DNA of 64,000 nt, from contig CP166615.1 of NCBI GenBank assembly GCA_041937175.2, positions 1,792,001 through 1,856,000 of the forward strand, written 5' to 3'. A program made the position numbers and the translations under genes. The notes under the pieces were generated by a model, which worked only from the letters and a program-made list of their open reading frames with translations, did no database searches and was not told the DNA's origin. Origin of the DNA: Limnothrix sp. BL-A-16. Its GTDB lineage: Bacteria > Cyanobacteriota > Cyanobacteriia > CACIAM-69d. Below are positions 30,539 to 43,330 of this stretch, piece by piece. Position 1 is the first letter of the stretch; each line of letters opens with the position of its first letter.

Positions 30539-31636
30539 ATGAGACGTTTGACCCGCCGCGCCTTTTTGGCGACCAGCTCAATGGCCACCGCCGCCGTTGC
30601 GATCGCCCAGGGTTGCACCCCATCTTCATCCACTTCCAACAACGCCAACAGCAGTTCCAGCAATGGATCCAGCCAAAAAGTGCTGCGGCTCTATTCCGGC
30701 CGTCATTACGACAGCGACAAGGCTGTTTATGAAGGATTTGAGCGCAAAACCGGCATCAAAATCGAATATATCTCCGATGATGCCGACAAGCTCATTGAGC
30801 GGATCCAAGCAGAGGGCAGCCATAGTGCAGCGGACTTGCTGTTAACGGTGGACGCGGGGCGATTATGGCGAGCTTCGGCAGAAGGCCTGTTGCAATCGGT
30901 GACCGCCACCCAGTCTCCCAACCTTTACAGCGCGGTTCCAGAAAATTTGCGCCACCCGGAAGGTCAGTGGTTTGCCCTGTCGAAGCGGGCCCGCGTGATT
31001 ATGTACAACAAGGAAAAGGTGCAACCCTCGGAACTCAGCACCTATGAAGCGCTGGCCGATGCCCGGTGGCGCAGCCAAATTCTGGTGCGCACCTCCAGCA
31101 ACATCTACAACCTGTCCTGGGTGGGCGAAATGATTGCTGTCCATGGCGAGGCCAAGACGGAACAATGGGCCCGCAGCATGGTGGCGAATTTTGCGCGGCC
31201 ACCGGAAGGCAATGACACGGCGCAAATCATGTCCTGTGCAGCGGGCATCGGCTCGATCGCCATTTCCAACACCTACTATTTGGTGCGTTTGGCCAAGTCC
31301 ACCAAGCCGGAAGAGCGCACCGCCTTTCAACGAATTGGAGTCTGTTTCCCCAACCAGGGCGATCGGGGAACCCACATCAACATCAGCGGCGTGGGCTTGG
31401 TGAAAAATGCCCGCAACCCCGAAGGGGCGATTCAGTTCATGGAATATTTGCTGAGTCGCGAAGCCCAGGAACTCTTTGCCAAGGGCAACAATGAATATCC
31501 CGTTTTAAAGGGTGTGGCGTTGGATCCGGAGTTGGCCAAGCTGGGAACCTTCAAGGAATCCACCGTGAGCGCCACCACCTTTGGTCGCAACAACGAGGTG
31601 GCCCTCAAACTGCTCGATCGCGCCGGTTGGAAATAA
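30539..31636 (+). CDS. futA: Fe(III) ABC transporter substrate-binding protein (FutA/IdiA)
   Basis: LTRRAFL Tat signal, YSGRHY, TVDAGRL, NTYY iron-ligand tyrosines and HINISG. Confidence 0.9.
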   Translation: MRRLTRRAFLATSSMATAAVAIAQGCTPSSSTSNNANSSSSNGSSQKVLRLYSGRHYDSDKAVYEGFERKTGIKIEYISDDADKLIERIQAEGSHSAADLLLTVDAGRLWRASAEGLLQSVTATQSPNLYSAVPENLRHPEGQWFALSKRARVIMYNKEKVQPSELSTYEALADARWRSQILVRTSSNIYNLSWVGEMIAVHGEAKTEQWARSMVANFARPPEGNDTAQIMSCAAGIGSIAISNTYYLVRLAKSTKPEERTAFQRIGVCFPNQGDRGTHINISGVGLVKNARNPEGAIQFMEYLLSREAQELFAKGNNEYPVLKGVALDPELAKLGTFKESTVSATTFGRNNEVALKLLDRAGWK

Positions 31637-32028
31637 CATTGCCAGGGCCCTGAACCCACCTCCTGATCGCTCCCCCTCATTTTGAGCGCCTTCGAGCCTC
31701 AGCCCCTGCGGGATGGTCATGGGTTCAGGGCCATGCCTGCTCGATCGCCCAATCCAATTAACTGATTAACTGAACTTATTAGATTGATCCATGAGATCAA
31801 GTCATCGGATCAAAAATTCAGCGTGCCTTATGCAAATTACTACGAAATAGTTTCAGTAAGTTACTGAATTTTGCCAACTAGTGAGCTATTGCCGATCGCT
31901 CAATGGCAGATTGTGTTTGCCAAGCAAATTCATGCTATTTCCGCAGGCGCAATGTAGCTTTTTTAGCAAGGTTGCCGAGGCGAAAACTCATAATTCTTGA
32001 AAATTGATTCAAAACTTAAATTTGCAAT

Positions 32029-32069
32029 GTAAAAAAAATTACAGACTAGCCTCAATTAATGGTTAATCT
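32029..32069 (+). promoter_or_regulatory. Putative NtcA-activated promoter (GTA-N8-TAC, 21 nt, TAATCT)
   Basis: tGTAaaaaaaatTACa with GTA at 32029-31 and TAC at 32040-42; TAN3T -10 element at 32064-69. Confidence 0.55.
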
Positions 32070-32441
32070 GTTGATCTCGTCCGGGCAAAATCTTTAGGAA
32101 ATATTGAAGAAATATTGCGACTATCTGAGAAAACATCTGAAATTCATTCAGAATCATTTCGTTCAACCATGACAGTCATCTCACTTTCTTGACCAAGATC
32201 TGGAACAAGGCGATGAAGGTTTTTGTTTTAAGTTTTGATCTCTCAAAATGGCAAAAACCCTGATCAAGCTAAATGAGAATTGGTTGAGTCAACCCTCATT
32301 TTAAAAGCCAGTTTGGTCAGGAGTGCGGGATGGCAAATCAAAATTTTTCTTTATACTAAAGCAGTAACTAGGACAGTGACCTACACTCAAGTTTCGGGCT
32401 TCTGAAATTCCCGTGACACTACTTTCCCTGAGTCTGAACCC

Positions 32442-35400
32442 ATGACGAGTGCGCCCGGTTCCACCAACCCAGCGATCGCCCATCTTCCGGCATACCAGGT
32501 TCTTGAGCTGATGTATGAAGGCACAAGAACACTAGTCTATCGCGCAGTGGAAAAGGCAACCCAGCGATCGGTCATCATTAAAGTTCTGTCTCAGGAATAT
32601 CCGAGTTTTGCAGAATTAGTGCAGTTTCGCAATCAATATACGGTCACCAAAAACTTACCCATTGACGGTATTGTTCACCCCCTCAGCCTAATTCCCTACG
32701 GCAATGGATATGGGTTGGTGATGGAAGATTTTGGCGCAATTTCCCTTGCTCAATATCTTCAAGACAATACAGTCACTCTCGTTGAAATTCTAGAAATTGC
32801 AGTTCGTTTGGTTGAAATTCTCCATGAATTGCATCAATATCGCGTTATTCATAAAGATATTAAGCCAACTAATATTCTCATTGACCCCACTTCCAAACAG
32901 GTCAAATTAATTGACTTTGGAATTGCTTCTCTGTTGCCCAAGGAAACGCAATCCCTTCAAAGCCCCAAAAGTTTGGAAGGAACCCTCGCCTATTTGGCTC
33001 CAGAACAAACGGGGCGCATGAATCGGGCGATCGATTATCGATCTGATTTTTATGCCCTAGGAGTTACGTTCTATCAAATGTTGACGGGAGAATTACCGTT
33101 TAAGGGTCAAGATCCTCTGGAGCTAATTCATTGCCATATGACGCAAATTCCACCAGCGGTGGATGTGTTGAACCCTCAGGTTCCTGGCATGGTGGCGGCG
33201 ATTGTCAACAAGTTGATGGCCAAAAATGCGGAGGATCGCTACCAAAGTGCTTTGGGGTTGAAGCATGACCTGGAGCATTGCCTCAACCAATATGCCCTTC
33301 AAGGGCGGGTGGCAGTTTTTTCCTTGGGCGATCGGGACTTAAACGATCGATTCCTAATTCCTGAAAAACTTTATGGTCGCCAAACAGAAGTTCAAGCCCT
33401 TTTAGATGCGTTCGATCGCGTGGCCCAGGGAGTCTCGGAATTAATGTTAGTGGCGGGATTTTCCGGCATTGGCAAAACCGCCGTGGTTAGTGAAGTCCAT
33501 AAGCCGATCGTGCGCCAACGAGGCTACTTCATCAAGGGAAAATTTGATCAATTTAATCGCAATATTCCCTTTTCGGCCTTTGTCCAAGCGTTTCGAGATT
33601 TGATGGGGCAGCTTCTCTCGGAATCTGACCAACAACTTGCCCAATGGCGCACCAAAATTTTGACAGCCCTGGGAACCAACGGGCAGGTACTCGTTGAAGT
33701 GATTCCTGAGTTAGAGCGGATTATTGGTTCGCAACCACCGGCTCCGGAATTGTCCGGTTCGGCGGCTCAAAATCGATTTAATTTGCTCTTTCAGAATTTC
33801 CTCCAAATCTTTACCCAAGCGACCCATCCCCTGGTTTTATTTTTGGATGATTTGCAGTGGGCTGATTCGGCCTCTTTGCAACTGATTAAGATCCTAATGG
33901 ATGGTCATCCCTATCTTTTATTATTGGGAACCTATCGAGACAATGAAGTCTCGCCTGCCCATCCGTTAATGTTGACCATTGAGGAGCTAAAAAAAGCAGA
34001 GGTCACACTGCAAACAATTACCCTTGCCCCCCTAGGGTTTCAAGATACTAATCAGTTGGTGGCGGAAACTCTACATTGCGGCTTGGATCGATCGCGCCTG
34101 CTGACGGAGCTAATTTATCTTCGCACCCAAGGAAATCCCTTCTTTACGGCCCAATTTTTGAAGGCCCTCAAAGAAGATGGCTATATTTTGTTTGACCGCG
34201 AGCAAGGCATTTGGGAATGCGACTTAGCGCCCATCAGCACCCTGTCTTTAACGGACAATGTGGTGGAATTTATGGCCTTGCAGCTTCAGAAGTTGCCCGC
34301 GGCCACTCAAGGCGTTTTGAAGCTAGCCGCTTGTATTGGCAACCAGTTTGATTTGAGCACCTTGGCCATTGTTTCTGAGCAGTCAGAAACGGAGACCGCC
34401 GCTGCCCTCTGGAAAGCATTGCAAGAGGGGTTAATTTTGCCCCAAAGCGAGGTTTATAAATTCTATTTGGGTCAAGAAATCCCAGAGGCAACGGAAACAG
34501 AAACCACAGTGAGCGATCGGGCTGTTTATCGCTTTTTGCACGATCGCGTTCAACAGGCGGCCTATGCCTTGATTGATGACGACCAAAAACAGGCAACTCA
34601 TCTCTGTGTGGGTCAGTTGCTGTTGGAGCAACTTTCAGAGCGCGATCGGGAAGAGCGGATCTTTGAAATTGTTAACCACCTCAACGTGGGTCAAGCGCTC
34701 ATTGCAGCCCCCAGCCAACAGCGAGAATTAGCCCAATTAAATTTCTTAGCCGGTTGCAAGGCCAAAGCCGCCACCGCCTACGCAGCCGCATTGACCTATA
34801 TTCGCACGGCGATCGAGTTACTACCGGAGGCGATCGCCCAAAAAGACTATGACCTCAGTTTTAGACTCGATAAAGAACGGGCAGAAATTGAATATTTGAA
34901 CGGCAACTTAGAAGCAGCAGAAATCTGGATTCAAAGAGCCTTGGGCAAGGCCAAAACTTCCTTGGAAAAAGCTGATGTTTACAATATGTCGATCTTGCAA
35001 TATACCTTGCAAGCCAAATATCCCGAAGCGATTCAAGCGGGCCGTCAAGGCTTAGCCCTTTTGGATATTGACCTGCCTATTGACCACCTGGAAGCGGCCC
35101 TGGCTCAAGAATTAGACCAAGCTAAAACATTGGCTAATCATAATTCCTTTGAGGTGCTCACTCAGTTGCCGATCATGACTGAGCCAGAGCAAAAAATGGC
35201 CATCAAGCTGTTAATTAGCATGGGGCCGCCCACCTATCGCTCCCATCAACGGCTATGGTCGGTCATTTGTGCCAAGGCGGTGAATCTTTGTTTGCAATAT
35301 GGCAACACACCGGAAATTGGCTACATCTACCCGGCTTTTGGTGGACTGCGGGGCTATGCCTTGAATAACTATCAAGGCACTGATCAATTGCTGGATATTA

Positions 35401-37877
35401 CCCTGCAGTTAATTCAAGCTTTTAATAACAAGTCCGCTGAAAGCGTGGCTTATCTGATGATTGGCAGTTCCTTGCGCCATTGGTCAGATCCCCTCAAAAT
35501 CGCCACGGAAGATTATCTATCTTCCTATCGAGTGGGGCTGGAATCGAGCAATTTGCAATACGCGGCCTACGCCTTTGGCCATAATATGTATTGCCGGTTT
35601 TATCAAAGCCTGCCTCTAGATCAACTGTTTGATGAAATTACAGAGTATTTAAATTTTAGTCGCAAGCATAAAAATCAGTGGGCGATCGATCTGATGTTGG
35701 GTGGGCTGTCCGTGGTTGCCAATCTCCTAGACCCTGAGTATGACCCAACGGACTTATCGATCGGCTGGGGAAAAATTCAGTCGGAGCTAGCCTACTTGGA
35801 ACAATGCCGAATTCACAAAAATTGGCAAGTTATTTGCATTTTCAATATTCTGCGCACTCAAGTTCTTCTGATTTTTGATCAACTGGAAGAGGCCTATTAT
35901 TACGGTCAGCAGGCAGAGTCAGAAATTATTAATGTGGCTCCTCAAGGGTTGTTACCCTATGTTCATCACTGTTTTGTTTATGCGCTGCTCTTAGCTGCTC
36001 GATATGAGCAAACCCCTGAAGAGCAAAAAGCCAGGGATTGGACAACCATTATTCGCTATCGTGACCAGCTCAAAATTTGGGCCGATAACTGTCCTGAAAA
36101 TTTCTTGCATCTTTACTTTTTGGTGAAGGCAGAAACCGATCGCCTCACCAATCAATATCCTGAGGCGATCGAGTCCTATGATTGGGCGATCGCCAACGCC
36201 AAAGGCATGGGCTATCTCCAGGAAGAAGCCCTGGCCAATGAACTGGCTGCGAAGTTTTATATGGGTTGGGGTAAGGAGAAAATTGCCGCTGTTTATCTCC
36301 AGGAAGCCTACTATTGCTATGCCCGCTGGGGAGCCAAAGCCAAAATTCGAGATCTGGAAATTCGCTATCCCAAATTGTTGCGACCAATTCTTCAGGCGAG
36401 TTCCACCTCGGTTGACTTTCTCAACACATTGATGACTCTTACTTCGGTTAACCCGACCATCCACAGCAGCACACATAAAAGTGCCAGCAGCGCTCGGCTT
36501 AACCAAACCTTGGACTTTGCCAGCATTTTGCGAGCATCACAGGCCCTTTCTAGCACCATTCAATTAGAGGAATTGTTGGGTCAGCTTACACAAATTATTT
36601 TGCAGAACTCCGGAGCAGAACGTTGCGTTTTGGTGCTAGCTGATGATAGTGGAAGCTGGCAAGTGCGCGCTACGGCCACACTGAAATTAACCCAATTGGG
36701 AAATGATCCTTTAACCGATCATAGTCAAGTGCCAGCCAAGCTCATTCGGTATGTAAAAAATACCCAAGAACTGGTCGTTATTGATGATTTGGTTACGGAT
36801 TTGCCAGTCATTGGGAATTATTTAAATCAACACCAACCGAAGAGCGTCCTCTGTTTACCGATCCTCAATCAGGGACAATTACTGGGTTGTTTGTATTTGG
36901 AAAATCGGCTAACCGCCGGAGTTTTCACCAACGATCGAGTGATTATTCTCAACTTCCTTTGTACGCAAGCGGCCATTTCTCTTAACAATGCCAAGCTTTA
37001 TCAGCAGGTGCAACAGTCTTTCACGGACTTACAGCAAGCGCAATTAAAGCTAGTTCAAAGTGAAAAAATGTCGGCTTTGGGAAGTTTAGTGGCGGGAGTT
37101 GCCCACGAAATCAACAACCCGATCGGCTGCATTATTGGCAATATTGACGCAACCCAAATTTATATTGAAGATCTCCTGGGCTTGCTCGATCTCTATGCTC
37201 AAGAGTTGCCGAATCCCAGCGCCCAAATTCAAGCGGAATTGGAAGCAGTGGATTTGGACTATGTGCGCGATGATGCCATGCAACTGATTCGGGCCATGAA
37301 AGAAAGTGGCGATCGAATCCGTGCCATCAGCAAGAGTTTGCGAACCTTTTCCCGAGCGGATACGGAAAGCAAGCAATTGTTTGATGTGCGTGAAGGAATT
37401 GACAGCACCGTTTTGATCTTGCGCCATCGCCTGAAGGGCAATGATCACCGACCAGCGATTCATGTGGCAACCGATTATGATCCAGTGCCCGAAATTCATT
37501 GCTTTCCGGGGCAACTGAACCAGGTGTTTATGAATTTGTTAGCCAATGCGATCGATGCGTTGGATGAGGCCAGTCAAGGGCAGAGTTTTGCAGCGTTAAC
37601 TGCCGCTGCTCAGGCAATTTCCATTCGCGTCACGTCCGATCAAGCAACTGTTCAAGTCACGATCGCGGACAACGGGGTGGGAATTCCTGAGGAAATTATC
37701 GGCAAGATTTTTGACCAGGCATTCACCACCAAGGCAGTGGGTCGCGGAACGGGGCTAGGATTGGCGATCGCCCGCCAAATTGTGGTGGATATTCATGGGG
37801 GCAGCTTGGAGGCAAAATCAACGATCGGTCAGGGGACAGAATTTGTGATTTGCTTGCCGATCGATCACCCCAATTGA
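32442..37877 (+). CDS. Hybrid Ser/Thr kinase - AAA ATPase - TPR-like - GAF - histidine kinase (HstK/Pkn41-type)
   Basis: [21 protein letters not shown] Walker [13 protein letters not shown] (LYLEN); H-box [24 protein letters not shown]. Confidence 0.93.
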   Translation: MTSAPGSTNPAIAHLPAYQVLELMYEGTRTLVYRAVEKATQRSVIIKVLSQEYPSFAELVQFRNQYTVTKNLPIDGIVHPLSLIPYGNGYGLVMEDFGAISLAQYLQDNTVTLVEILEIAVRLVEILHELHQYRVIHKDIKPTNILIDPTSKQVKLIDFGIASLLPKETQSLQSPKSLEGTLAYLAPEQTGRMNRAIDYRSDFYALGVTFYQMLTGELPFKGQDPLELIHCHMTQIPPAVDVLNPQVPGMVAAIVNKLMAKNAEDRYQSALGLKHDLEHCLNQYALQGRVAVFSLGDRDLNDRFLIPEKLYGRQTEVQALLDAFDRVAQGVSELMLVAGFSGIGKTAVVSEVHKPIVRQRGYFIKGKFDQFNRNIPFSAFVQAFRDLMGQLLSESDQQLAQWRTKILTALGTNGQVLVEVIPELERIIGSQPPAPELSGSAAQNRFNLLFQNFLQIFTQATHPLVLFLDDLQWADSASLQLIKILMDGHPYLLLLGTYRDNEVSPAHPLMLTIEELKKAEVTLQTITLAPLGFQDTNQLVAETLHCGLDRSRLLTELIYLRTQGNPFFTAQFLKALKEDGYILFDREQGIWECDLAPISTLSLTDNVVEFMALQLQKLPAATQGVLKLAACIGNQFDLSTLAIVSEQSETETAAALWKALQEGLILPQSEVYKFYLGQEIPEATETETTVSDRAVYRFLHDRVQQAAYALIDDDQKQATHLCVGQLLLEQLSERDREERIFEIVNHLNVGQALIAAPSQQRELAQLNFLAGCKAKAATAYAAALTYIRTAIELLPEAIAQKDYDLSFRLDKERAEIEYLNGNLEAAEIWIQRALGKAKTSLEKADVYNMSILQYTLQAKYPEAIQAGRQGLALLDIDLPIDHLEAALAQELDQAKTLANHNSFEVLTQLPIMTEPEQKMAIKLLISMGPPTYRSHQRLWSVICAKAVNLCLQYGNTPEIGYIYPAFGGLRGYALNNYQGTDQLLDITLQLIQAFNNKSAESVAYLMIGSSLRHWSDPLKIATEDYLSSYRVGLESSNLQYAAYAFGHNMYCRFYQSLPLDQLFDEITEYLNFSRKHKNQWAIDLMLGGLSVVANLLDPEYDPTDLSIGWGKIQSELAYLEQCRIHKNWQVICIFNILRTQVLLIFDQLEEAYYYGQQAESEIINVAPQGLLPYVHHCFVYALLLAARYEQTPEEQKARDWTTIIRYRDQLKIWADNCPENFLHLYFLVKAETDRLTNQYPEAIESYDWAIANAKGMGYLQEEALANELAAKFYMGWGKEKIAAVYLQEAYYCYARWGAKAKIRDLEIRYPKLLRPILQASSTSVDFLNTLMTLTSVNPTIHSSTHKSASSARLNQTLDFASILRASQALSSTIQLEELLGQLTQIILQNSGAERCVLVLADDSGSWQVRATATLKLTQLGNDPLTDHSQVPAKLIRYVKNTQELVVIDDLVTDLPVIGNYLNQHQPKSVLCLPILNQGQLLGCLYLENRLTAGVFTNDRVIILNFLCTQAAISLNNAKLYQQVQQSFTDLQQAQLKLVQSEKMSALGSLVAGVAHEINNPIGCIIGNIDATQIYIEDLLGLLDLYAQELPNPSAQIQAELEAVDLDYVRDDAMQLIRAMKESGDRIRAISKSLRTFSRADTESKQLFDVREGIDSTVLILRHRLKGNDHRPAIHVATDYDPVPEIHCFPGQLNQVFMNLLANAIDALDEASQGQSFAALTAAAQAISIRVTSDQATVQVTIADNGVGIPEEIIGKIFDQAFTTKAVGRGTGLGLAIARQIVVDIHGGSLEAKSTIGQGTEFVICLPIDHPN

Positions 37878-37900
37878 TCTGTAATCAATTGCTCATCAAA

Positions 37901-38075
37901 TAGACTTCTTGCACGAATCAGCTCACAGCCCTCATCCCCCAACCCCTTCTCCCAAGGAGGGCGAAGGGGAGTCAGAAATCGGGAGTTACGGCGATTTTGT
38001 TGTTATTCGTCAAGTCCCTCTCCCAACTTGGGAGAGGGATTTAGGGTGAGGGTTTTGATTGATGCAAGAGGTCTA
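37901..38075. mobile_element. MITE-like element (family D) with TAGACTTCTTGCA / TGCAAGAGGTCTA ends
   Basis: 13-bp TIR with 1 mismatch, including terminal TA. Internal hairpins CCCTCATCCCCCAACCCCTTCTCCC and TCCCTCTCCCAACTTGGGAGAGGGATTTAGGGTGAGGG are typical cyanobacterial dispersed repeats. Confidence 0.8.
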
Positions 38076-38167
38076 ATGCATTGCTCATCGATCGCCCCCA
38101 TGAATTGTTTCGCCTTCATGAATCGTTAATGCGATCCAGAATCTGAAATTTAATCCCAGAAATAATC

Positions 38168-38776
38168 CTATCCAAGAAATTGGATAGCCCCTTGGCGCAA
38201 CAGTTCCCAGCCCGTCGGCCCCCAGCGCACCACGGTGGATGGCTCGCCGGAACCCACTTCCGAATCGCCCATAGCCGCCACTTCATCGGGGCTAAGGGTC
38301 AGCAGTTCGGGAAATTCCCGGTTGATGTCCGCGATCGTCCGCAGAGGAGGTTGCCCCGATCGATTCACACTGGTGGTGAGCAGCGGCCCCGTTTGGGCCA
38401 AAATCGCCTTGGCCACTTCGCAGGCGGGAACCCGCAGCCCGATCGAGCGCGTGGGGCCCAAGATGTCGTTCATGGGCGGCAGGCGATCGCTCTGGGCAGG
38501 CAACACGATCGTTAAGGCTCCCGGCCAATAGTCTTGGGCGATCGCCTGCCATTGGCCCAGGTCACCAGCCCGATCGTCCACATAGGGCCACAAATCCGCT
38601 GGCTGGGCCCCCATCAAAATCAAGGGCTTTTGGAAATCGCGCTGCTTGGTGGCATAGACCGCCGGGGCCCGATCGGGCCGGGCCGCCAGGGCCGGAACCG
38701 TATCCGTGGGGAAGCTGGCGAGGGCGGTTCCTGTCCGCAAACCAGCGATCAGGGCTGAGAGGGTGACTTGGGGCAA
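38168..38776 (-). CDS. tsaC: L-threonylcarbamoyladenylate synthase (TsaC/YrdC)
   Basis: FPTDTV, KQR..KPL, WPGALT, GLRVP, TTSVNRSG and PSTVV motifs. Confidence 0.88.
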   Translation of the reverse strand: MPQVTLSALIAGLRTGTALASFPTDTVPALAARPDRAPAVYATKQRDFQKPLILMGAQPADLWPYVDDRAGDLGQWQAIAQDYWPGALTIVLPAQSDRLPPMNDILGPTRSIGLRVPACEVAKAILAQTGPLLTTSVNRSGQPPLRTIADINREFPELLTLSPDEVAAMGDSEVGSGEPSTVVRWGPTGWELLRQGAIQFLG

Positions 38777-38900
38777 GCTGAGAACTCCTGGTGCGATCGC
38801 AACAGTTGGCCAAATCGGCGAAAAATTACAAGAAATTGGGAGAGATTAGGAAAAATCAGGGTGCGAGAACTGCGGGCGCTTGGCACAACCGGGCGCAACC

Positions 38901-39046
38901 TAGTGGCGTGACAGGCTCCATTCATTGGGTCAAAGGCACGAAGCCAGTCGTAGTAACAAGGGGCTTAAGCCCCTTGCTGCCTAACGAGTTGGTGACGGCA
39001 ACAGTCATTTAACTTGACCTATCAAAATAAGCTTGCCGAACTACTA
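38901..39046 (+). mobile_element. Intact family A miniature element (146 bp)
   Basis: TAGTGGCG...CTACTA ends; core at 38956-38976; collinear with both outer halves of 14470-14785. Confidence 0.85.
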
Positions 39047-39062
39047 GCCGCTGCATCAACCC

Positions 39063-42050
39063 CTAAACCTCATCATCTTCGTCATAGAACCGGGTGGAAA
39101 AAACAGGCTCCGACATCTTGCTTGTGGGAATTAGGGGTGGCTGCTCTGTGTCGAGGGAGTCGAGGGCCGGCAAATCAACCACCGTGGGAATGATTGGGGG
39201 GTCGGTTGTCGCATCCTTCGCCTCGTCTGCCAGGGGATCCAAGTCCCGATCGACTGCCGCAACGGCAAAGTCACCCCGATCGCCCGCTTCATCTCGATCG
39301 ATCGGGTCGATCGCCGGGGGATTGAGCACCTCGGGGAGGGTTGGCGGCTGCGGTGGGTTCGGCTCCGAATCCGTCGCTTCGTCGGGATGCACCGTGGCCC
39401 GATCGCTGGCCCGGCGAAACACCAAGCTGGTTTGACCATTCATCTCGATCGCTTCCACCTCGATCGTGTCGCCTTCGGTGAATTCTCCGGCCAGGATTTG
39501 ATCGGCGATCGGGTTTTCCAATTCCTTTTGGATCGCTCGCTTCAGGGGACGGGCCCCATACACCGGGTCGTAGCCCACATCAGCAATGTAGGTTTTGGCT
39601 GATTCAGACAGGGCGATCGCGATTTTTTGATCGGCCAACAGTCGCTCAATCCGCTTCATTTGAATGGAAACAATTTGTCGCAAATTCGCCTTTGAGAGGG
39701 CTTCAAAAATAATCGTTTCATCCACCCGATTCAAAAACTCGGGGCGGAAGTGCGATCGCAAAGCCTTCAGCACCCGATCGCGCATTTCGTCGTAGCCTTC
39801 CTCTTCCAGGCTGGATTTTAAAATATGCTCGCTGCCCAGATTACTGGTCATGATCAAAATGGTGTTCCGGAAATCCGCCACACGCCCTTGACCATCCGTT
39901 AAGCGCCCATCATCGAGCACTTGCAGCAAGATATTAAAAATGTCCGGGTGTGCCTTTTCTACTTCATCAAACAAAATCACCGAATAGGGATGCCGCCGCA
40001 CCGCGTCGGTGAGCTGGCCACCCGCTTCATAGCCCACATATCCCGGCGGCGCACCCACCAACCGCAACACATTTTGCTTTTCCATATATTCGGACATATC
40101 AATCCGAATCATGGCATCTTCGCTATCAAATAGCAGTTCCGCCAAGGCGCGGGCCAATTCCGTTTTACCGACTCCCGTGGGCCCCAAAAACAGAAAGGAA
40201 CCGATCGGGCGGCCCGGGTCTTTCATGCCAGCGCGGGCCCGGCGAATGGCAGCGGCCACGGCGGTGATCGCCTCCTGTTGGCCAATCACGCGATCGTGTA
40301 AATAGCGCTCCAATTGCAGGAGTTTTTGGCGCTCCGATTCCATCAACCGATTCACCGGAATGCCGGTCCATTTCGCCACCACTTCCGCAATATCCGCTTC
40401 CGTGACCTGCTCCCGCAACATGGGCACGGCCATTTGCGTTTGGATGGCCAACAATTGGGATTCCTTAGCGGCCCGCTCCTCTTGAATGCGCTCTAGGTCA
40501 CCATACTTAAGCTGGGCTGCCAAGTTGAGATCATAGTCTCGTTCCGCTTGCTCAACTTGTTTTTGCAGGGTGCTTTCTTGCTCTTTTAAATTGCCAATTT
40601 CATCGAGTAATTCTTTCTCGCCCCGCCACTGTTGATCCAGCTCCGTTTGTTGGCTCTGGAGGGTGCTAATTTCAGCTTCAATGCGCAGCAGTCGATCGCG
40701 CGAGGCCGTTTCGCCCTGCAAGGACAACCGCTCCATTTCCAATTGCCGTAGCCGTCGTTCGATCGTCTCCAACTCCACCGGCTTAGAGGTGATTTCCATT
40801 TTTAATTTGGCGGCCGCTTCGTCCACCACATCGATCGCCTTATCGGGCAAGAATCGATCGGGAATATAGCGATTGGAGAGCTGAGTGGCCGCCACCAAAG
40901 CCGCATCGGAAATCTTCACCCCGTGGTGAACTTCATAGCGCTCCTTCAGACCCCGCAGGATCGAAACCGTCACGTCGATTGTCGGCTCTTCCACCAACAC
41001 CTGCTGGAATCGCCGTTCCAGGGCCGGATCCTTCTCCACGTGGGTGCGATATTCATCGAGGGTGGTGGCTCCAATGCACCGCAGTTCCCCCCGCGCCAAC
41101 ATCGGTTTCAGCAGGCTGCCCGCGTCCATGGCGCTGCTTTGGCCCGATCCCGTGCCGATGATCGTGTGCAGCTCATCGATGAACAACACCACGGAGCCGC
41201 CCGAGTGGGTCACGGCCCGCAGAACCGATCGCAGCCGTTCTTCAAACTCGCCCCGAAACTTGGCTCCGGCGATCAGGCTGCCCATATCCAGCACAATTAA
41301 CCGCCGATTTTTGAGGGATTCCGGCACATCTCCATTCACAATCCGTTGGGCCAAGCCTTCCACCACAGCGGTTTTGCCCACGCCCGGCTCCCCAATTAAC
41401 ACTGGGTTATTTTTGCTGCGGCGTGAGAGCACCTGAATCACACGGCGAATTTCCTCATCGCGGCCAATCACCGGATCCAATTTGCCGGCCCGGGCCTGTT
41501 CGGTCAGGTCGCGCCCAAAGCGCTCTAGGGCTTCCAGGGGATCTTCTTCCTTGCTCACACTGTCCCGGGCGGGGCCAGCGGCTTCAGTCGATCGCTCCTG
41601 GGCCTTGATGGCGCTGCGAATTTCCCGAATGGCCGCCTCCACGTCCTGGGGATCCACCCGTAACGATCGCAGAATTTTGCGCCCCACCCGATCGTCATCG
41701 GCAAAGGCCAACAGCAGGTGATCAATGCCAATTTCCCGATCGCCCCAGGACTCCCGAGCCACATCAGCCCGATCGAGCAGGGCATCTAACCCCCGCCCCA
41801 AGTAGAGCTGGTCACCCGCGCCGCCCCGGGGTTGTCGTTGGCCAAAATTTTCCAACTGCCGCGCCACCTGGGCCGGATCCAGTTGGGCCCGCTCCAGCAC
41901 CACCGCCGCCGTGTCGTTGATTTCCAGCAGAGCCAAGATCACATGCTCCACCTCCAGGTTCTGCTGGCGCATCCGGCGGGCCACTTCTTGGGAATTAACG
42001 ATCGCTTCCCAGGCTTTTTCGGTGAACTGATTGGGGTCGGTGGGCTGCAT
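39063..42050 (-). CDS. clpB: ATP-dependent chaperone ClpB with acidic Pro-rich C-terminal tail
   Basis: [22 protein letters not shown] and GPTGVGKT Walker A motifs; coiled-coil M domain; GARPLKR. Confidence 0.95.
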   Translation of the reverse strand: MQPTDPNQFTEKAWEAIVNSQEVARRMRQQNLEVEHVILALLEINDTAAVVLERAQLDPAQVARQLENFGQRQPRGGAGDQLYLGRGLDALLDRADVARESWGDREIGIDHLLLAFADDDRVGRKILRSLRVDPQDVEAAIREIRSAIKAQERSTEAAGPARDSVSKEEDPLEALERFGRDLTEQARAGKLDPVIGRDEEIRRVIQVLSRRSKNNPVLIGEPGVGKTAVVEGLAQRIVNGDVPESLKNRRLIVLDMGSLIAGAKFRGEFEERLRSVLRAVTHSGGSVVLFIDELHTIIGTGSGQSSAMDAGSLLKPMLARGELRCIGATTLDEYRTHVEKDPALERRFQQVLVEEPTIDVTVSILRGLKERYEVHHGVKISDAALVAATQLSNRYIPDRFLPDKAIDVVDEAAAKLKMEITSKPVELETIERRLRQLEMERLSLQGETASRDRLLRIEAEISTLQSQQTELDQQWRGEKELLDEIGNLKEQESTLQKQVEQAERDYDLNLAAQLKYGDLERIQEERAAKESQLLAIQTQMAVPMLREQVTEADIAEVVAKWTGIPVNRLMESERQKLLQLERYLHDRVIGQQEAITAVAAAIRRARAGMKDPGRPIGSFLFLGPTGVGKTELARALAELLFDSEDAMIRIDMSEYMEKQNVLRLVGAPPGYVGYEAGGQLTDAVRRHPYSVILFDEVEKAHPDIFNILLQVLDDGRLTDGQGRVADFRNTILIMTSNLGSEHILKSSLEEEGYDEMRDRVLKALRSHFRPEFLNRVDETIIFEALSKANLRQIVSIQMKRIERLLADQKIAIALSESAKTYIADVGYDPVYGARPLKRAIQKELENPIADQILAGEFTEGDTIEVEAIEMNGQTSLVFRRASDRATVHPDEATDSEPNPPQPPTLPEVLNPPAIDPIDRDEAGDRGDFAVAAVDRDLDPLADEAKDATTDPPIIPTVVDLPALDSLDTEQPPLIPTSKMSEPVFSTRFYDEDDEV

Positions 42051-42129
42051 GGATGGCGCTAGGAAAAGTGAGCATGGCCCGATCGTAGTCGATCGGGAGT
42101 GCCTACGAGGACGTTGGCTATTTTAGGGG

Positions 42130-43236
42130 TTAATCAACAGCCTGAAGACAAGTTTGGGCGAGCTGCTCCGCTTGGGCCGGGTCGATCGACTCAGGCGCTG
42201 CCAATACCTGGCCGTTCAGGCCGCTCCCTTGCCAGTAGTCCACAAACTCCGACGCAGCACCGCAGAGGATCCAGCGCGAGGGGGTTGCTTGGCCGTAGGC
42301 GGTGATGGTTTCGATCGCCAGGGAAAACCCGCCGGCCTTGAATTTGGGGTTCAACTCCCCGTCATATTCAAACTTGCTCAACATCAACTGCACCGCCCGC
42401 AAGGATCGGGCATCAAACCCAGGGGCATCGGTCAAGGTGCGGGCCCGAAACACCGGCCGCAAGGTTTGGAACGGAATTCGCACCGTTTGCCAGATGTTGT
42501 AGACCGTATCAAAGGAAGCGCAATAGCCAATGCCATCCCAGCGGGATTCCGCGCGCAAAATGAGCTTGTAGCGCTGGCCATCACCCTTGATGCGCAATTC
42601 CAACCCCTCAAAGGCCGACAGATTAATCGGCTCCTGAAAATTGCGGGTGCGAATGGAGGCGAACCCCCCGGAATTATCGGTGGAAACATTGCCCGCAAAC
42701 AGGCCATATCCATTAAACAGACGCAGATCGCTGCTGCTGACTCCGCCCATCACCACGTCATCGATCGCCCCCCAAACTTGGGCCAGTTCGGGGCTGGGTT
42801 GCCGAAAGTCGCAAACCATTTGCGGCGATCGTTGGGTCGATCGGGCCGCTTGAGCCGCGCGATCGACCCAGGCTTCGGGGGCCGCCGCTCCAAAAATCAA
42901 AATCGCCGCCGCCTGTTCGATCGGCGCTTCCGCCCATTGCTCAAGGGTCAGCCAATGGAGGTTGGGATCAGCCGGCAGCCGGGCCCGATCGACCCCCAAG
43001 GCCCAAACTTGATAATTCCGTTGCAGGAGCGATCGCACCACCCGCCGGCCCACATCCCCACAGGCCCCCCACACCAGGGCGATCGGGCGCGGAGCCTGGG
43101 CTAAAGACGGTTCCATCCAATCCACCTTGGCCTGTGTCCCCATCAGTTTTTGTACCCAACCAAAATCACCAATCACGGGAAACACCCCAAAATAGCGCAG
43201 GGTGCTGACGAATCGATCAAATGCCCAAGTTGCCAT
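42130..43236 (-). CDS. CIA30 (NDUFAF1-like) family protein with partial Rossmann N-terminus
   Basis: WGAIDDVVMGGVS, NSGGFASIR, KGDGQRYK and LSKFEYDG motifs. Confidence 0.85.
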   Translation of the reverse strand: MATWAFDRFVSTLRYFGVFPVIGDFGWVQKLMGTQAKVDWMEPSLAQAPRPIALVWGACGDVGRRVVRSLLQRNYQVWALGVDRARLPADPNLHWLTLEQWAEAPIEQAAAILIFGAAAPEAWVDRAAQAARSTQRSPQMVCDFRQPSPELAQVWGAIDDVVMGGVSSSDLRLFNGYGLFAGNVSTDNSGGFASIRTRNFQEPINLSAFEGLELRIKGDGQRYKLILRAESRWDGIGYCASFDTVYNIWQTVRIPFQTLRPVFRARTLTDAPGFDARSLRAVQLMLSKFEYDGELNPKFKAGGFSLAIETITAYGQATPSRWILCGAASEFVDYWQGSGLNGQVLAAPESIDPAQAEQLAQTCLQAVD

Positions 43237-43330
43237 TGGTTTGCGTGGGGTGAATCAACGGTCTAATCAAAGACTCGATGCAGTGGACTGTATTGATCCT
43301 AATGATTTCCCCCCATGCTTTGTGGAACCA

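Noticed and set aside
32442..37877. Hybrid kinase as a recent horizontally acquired island or defence gene
   Set aside because: It looks more AT-rich but contains many HIP1 sites, belongs to a family common in cyanobacteria, and has no integrase or att site nearby.
42154..43104. 316-aa plus-strand ORF
   Set aside because: Antisense shadow of the CIA30 gene.
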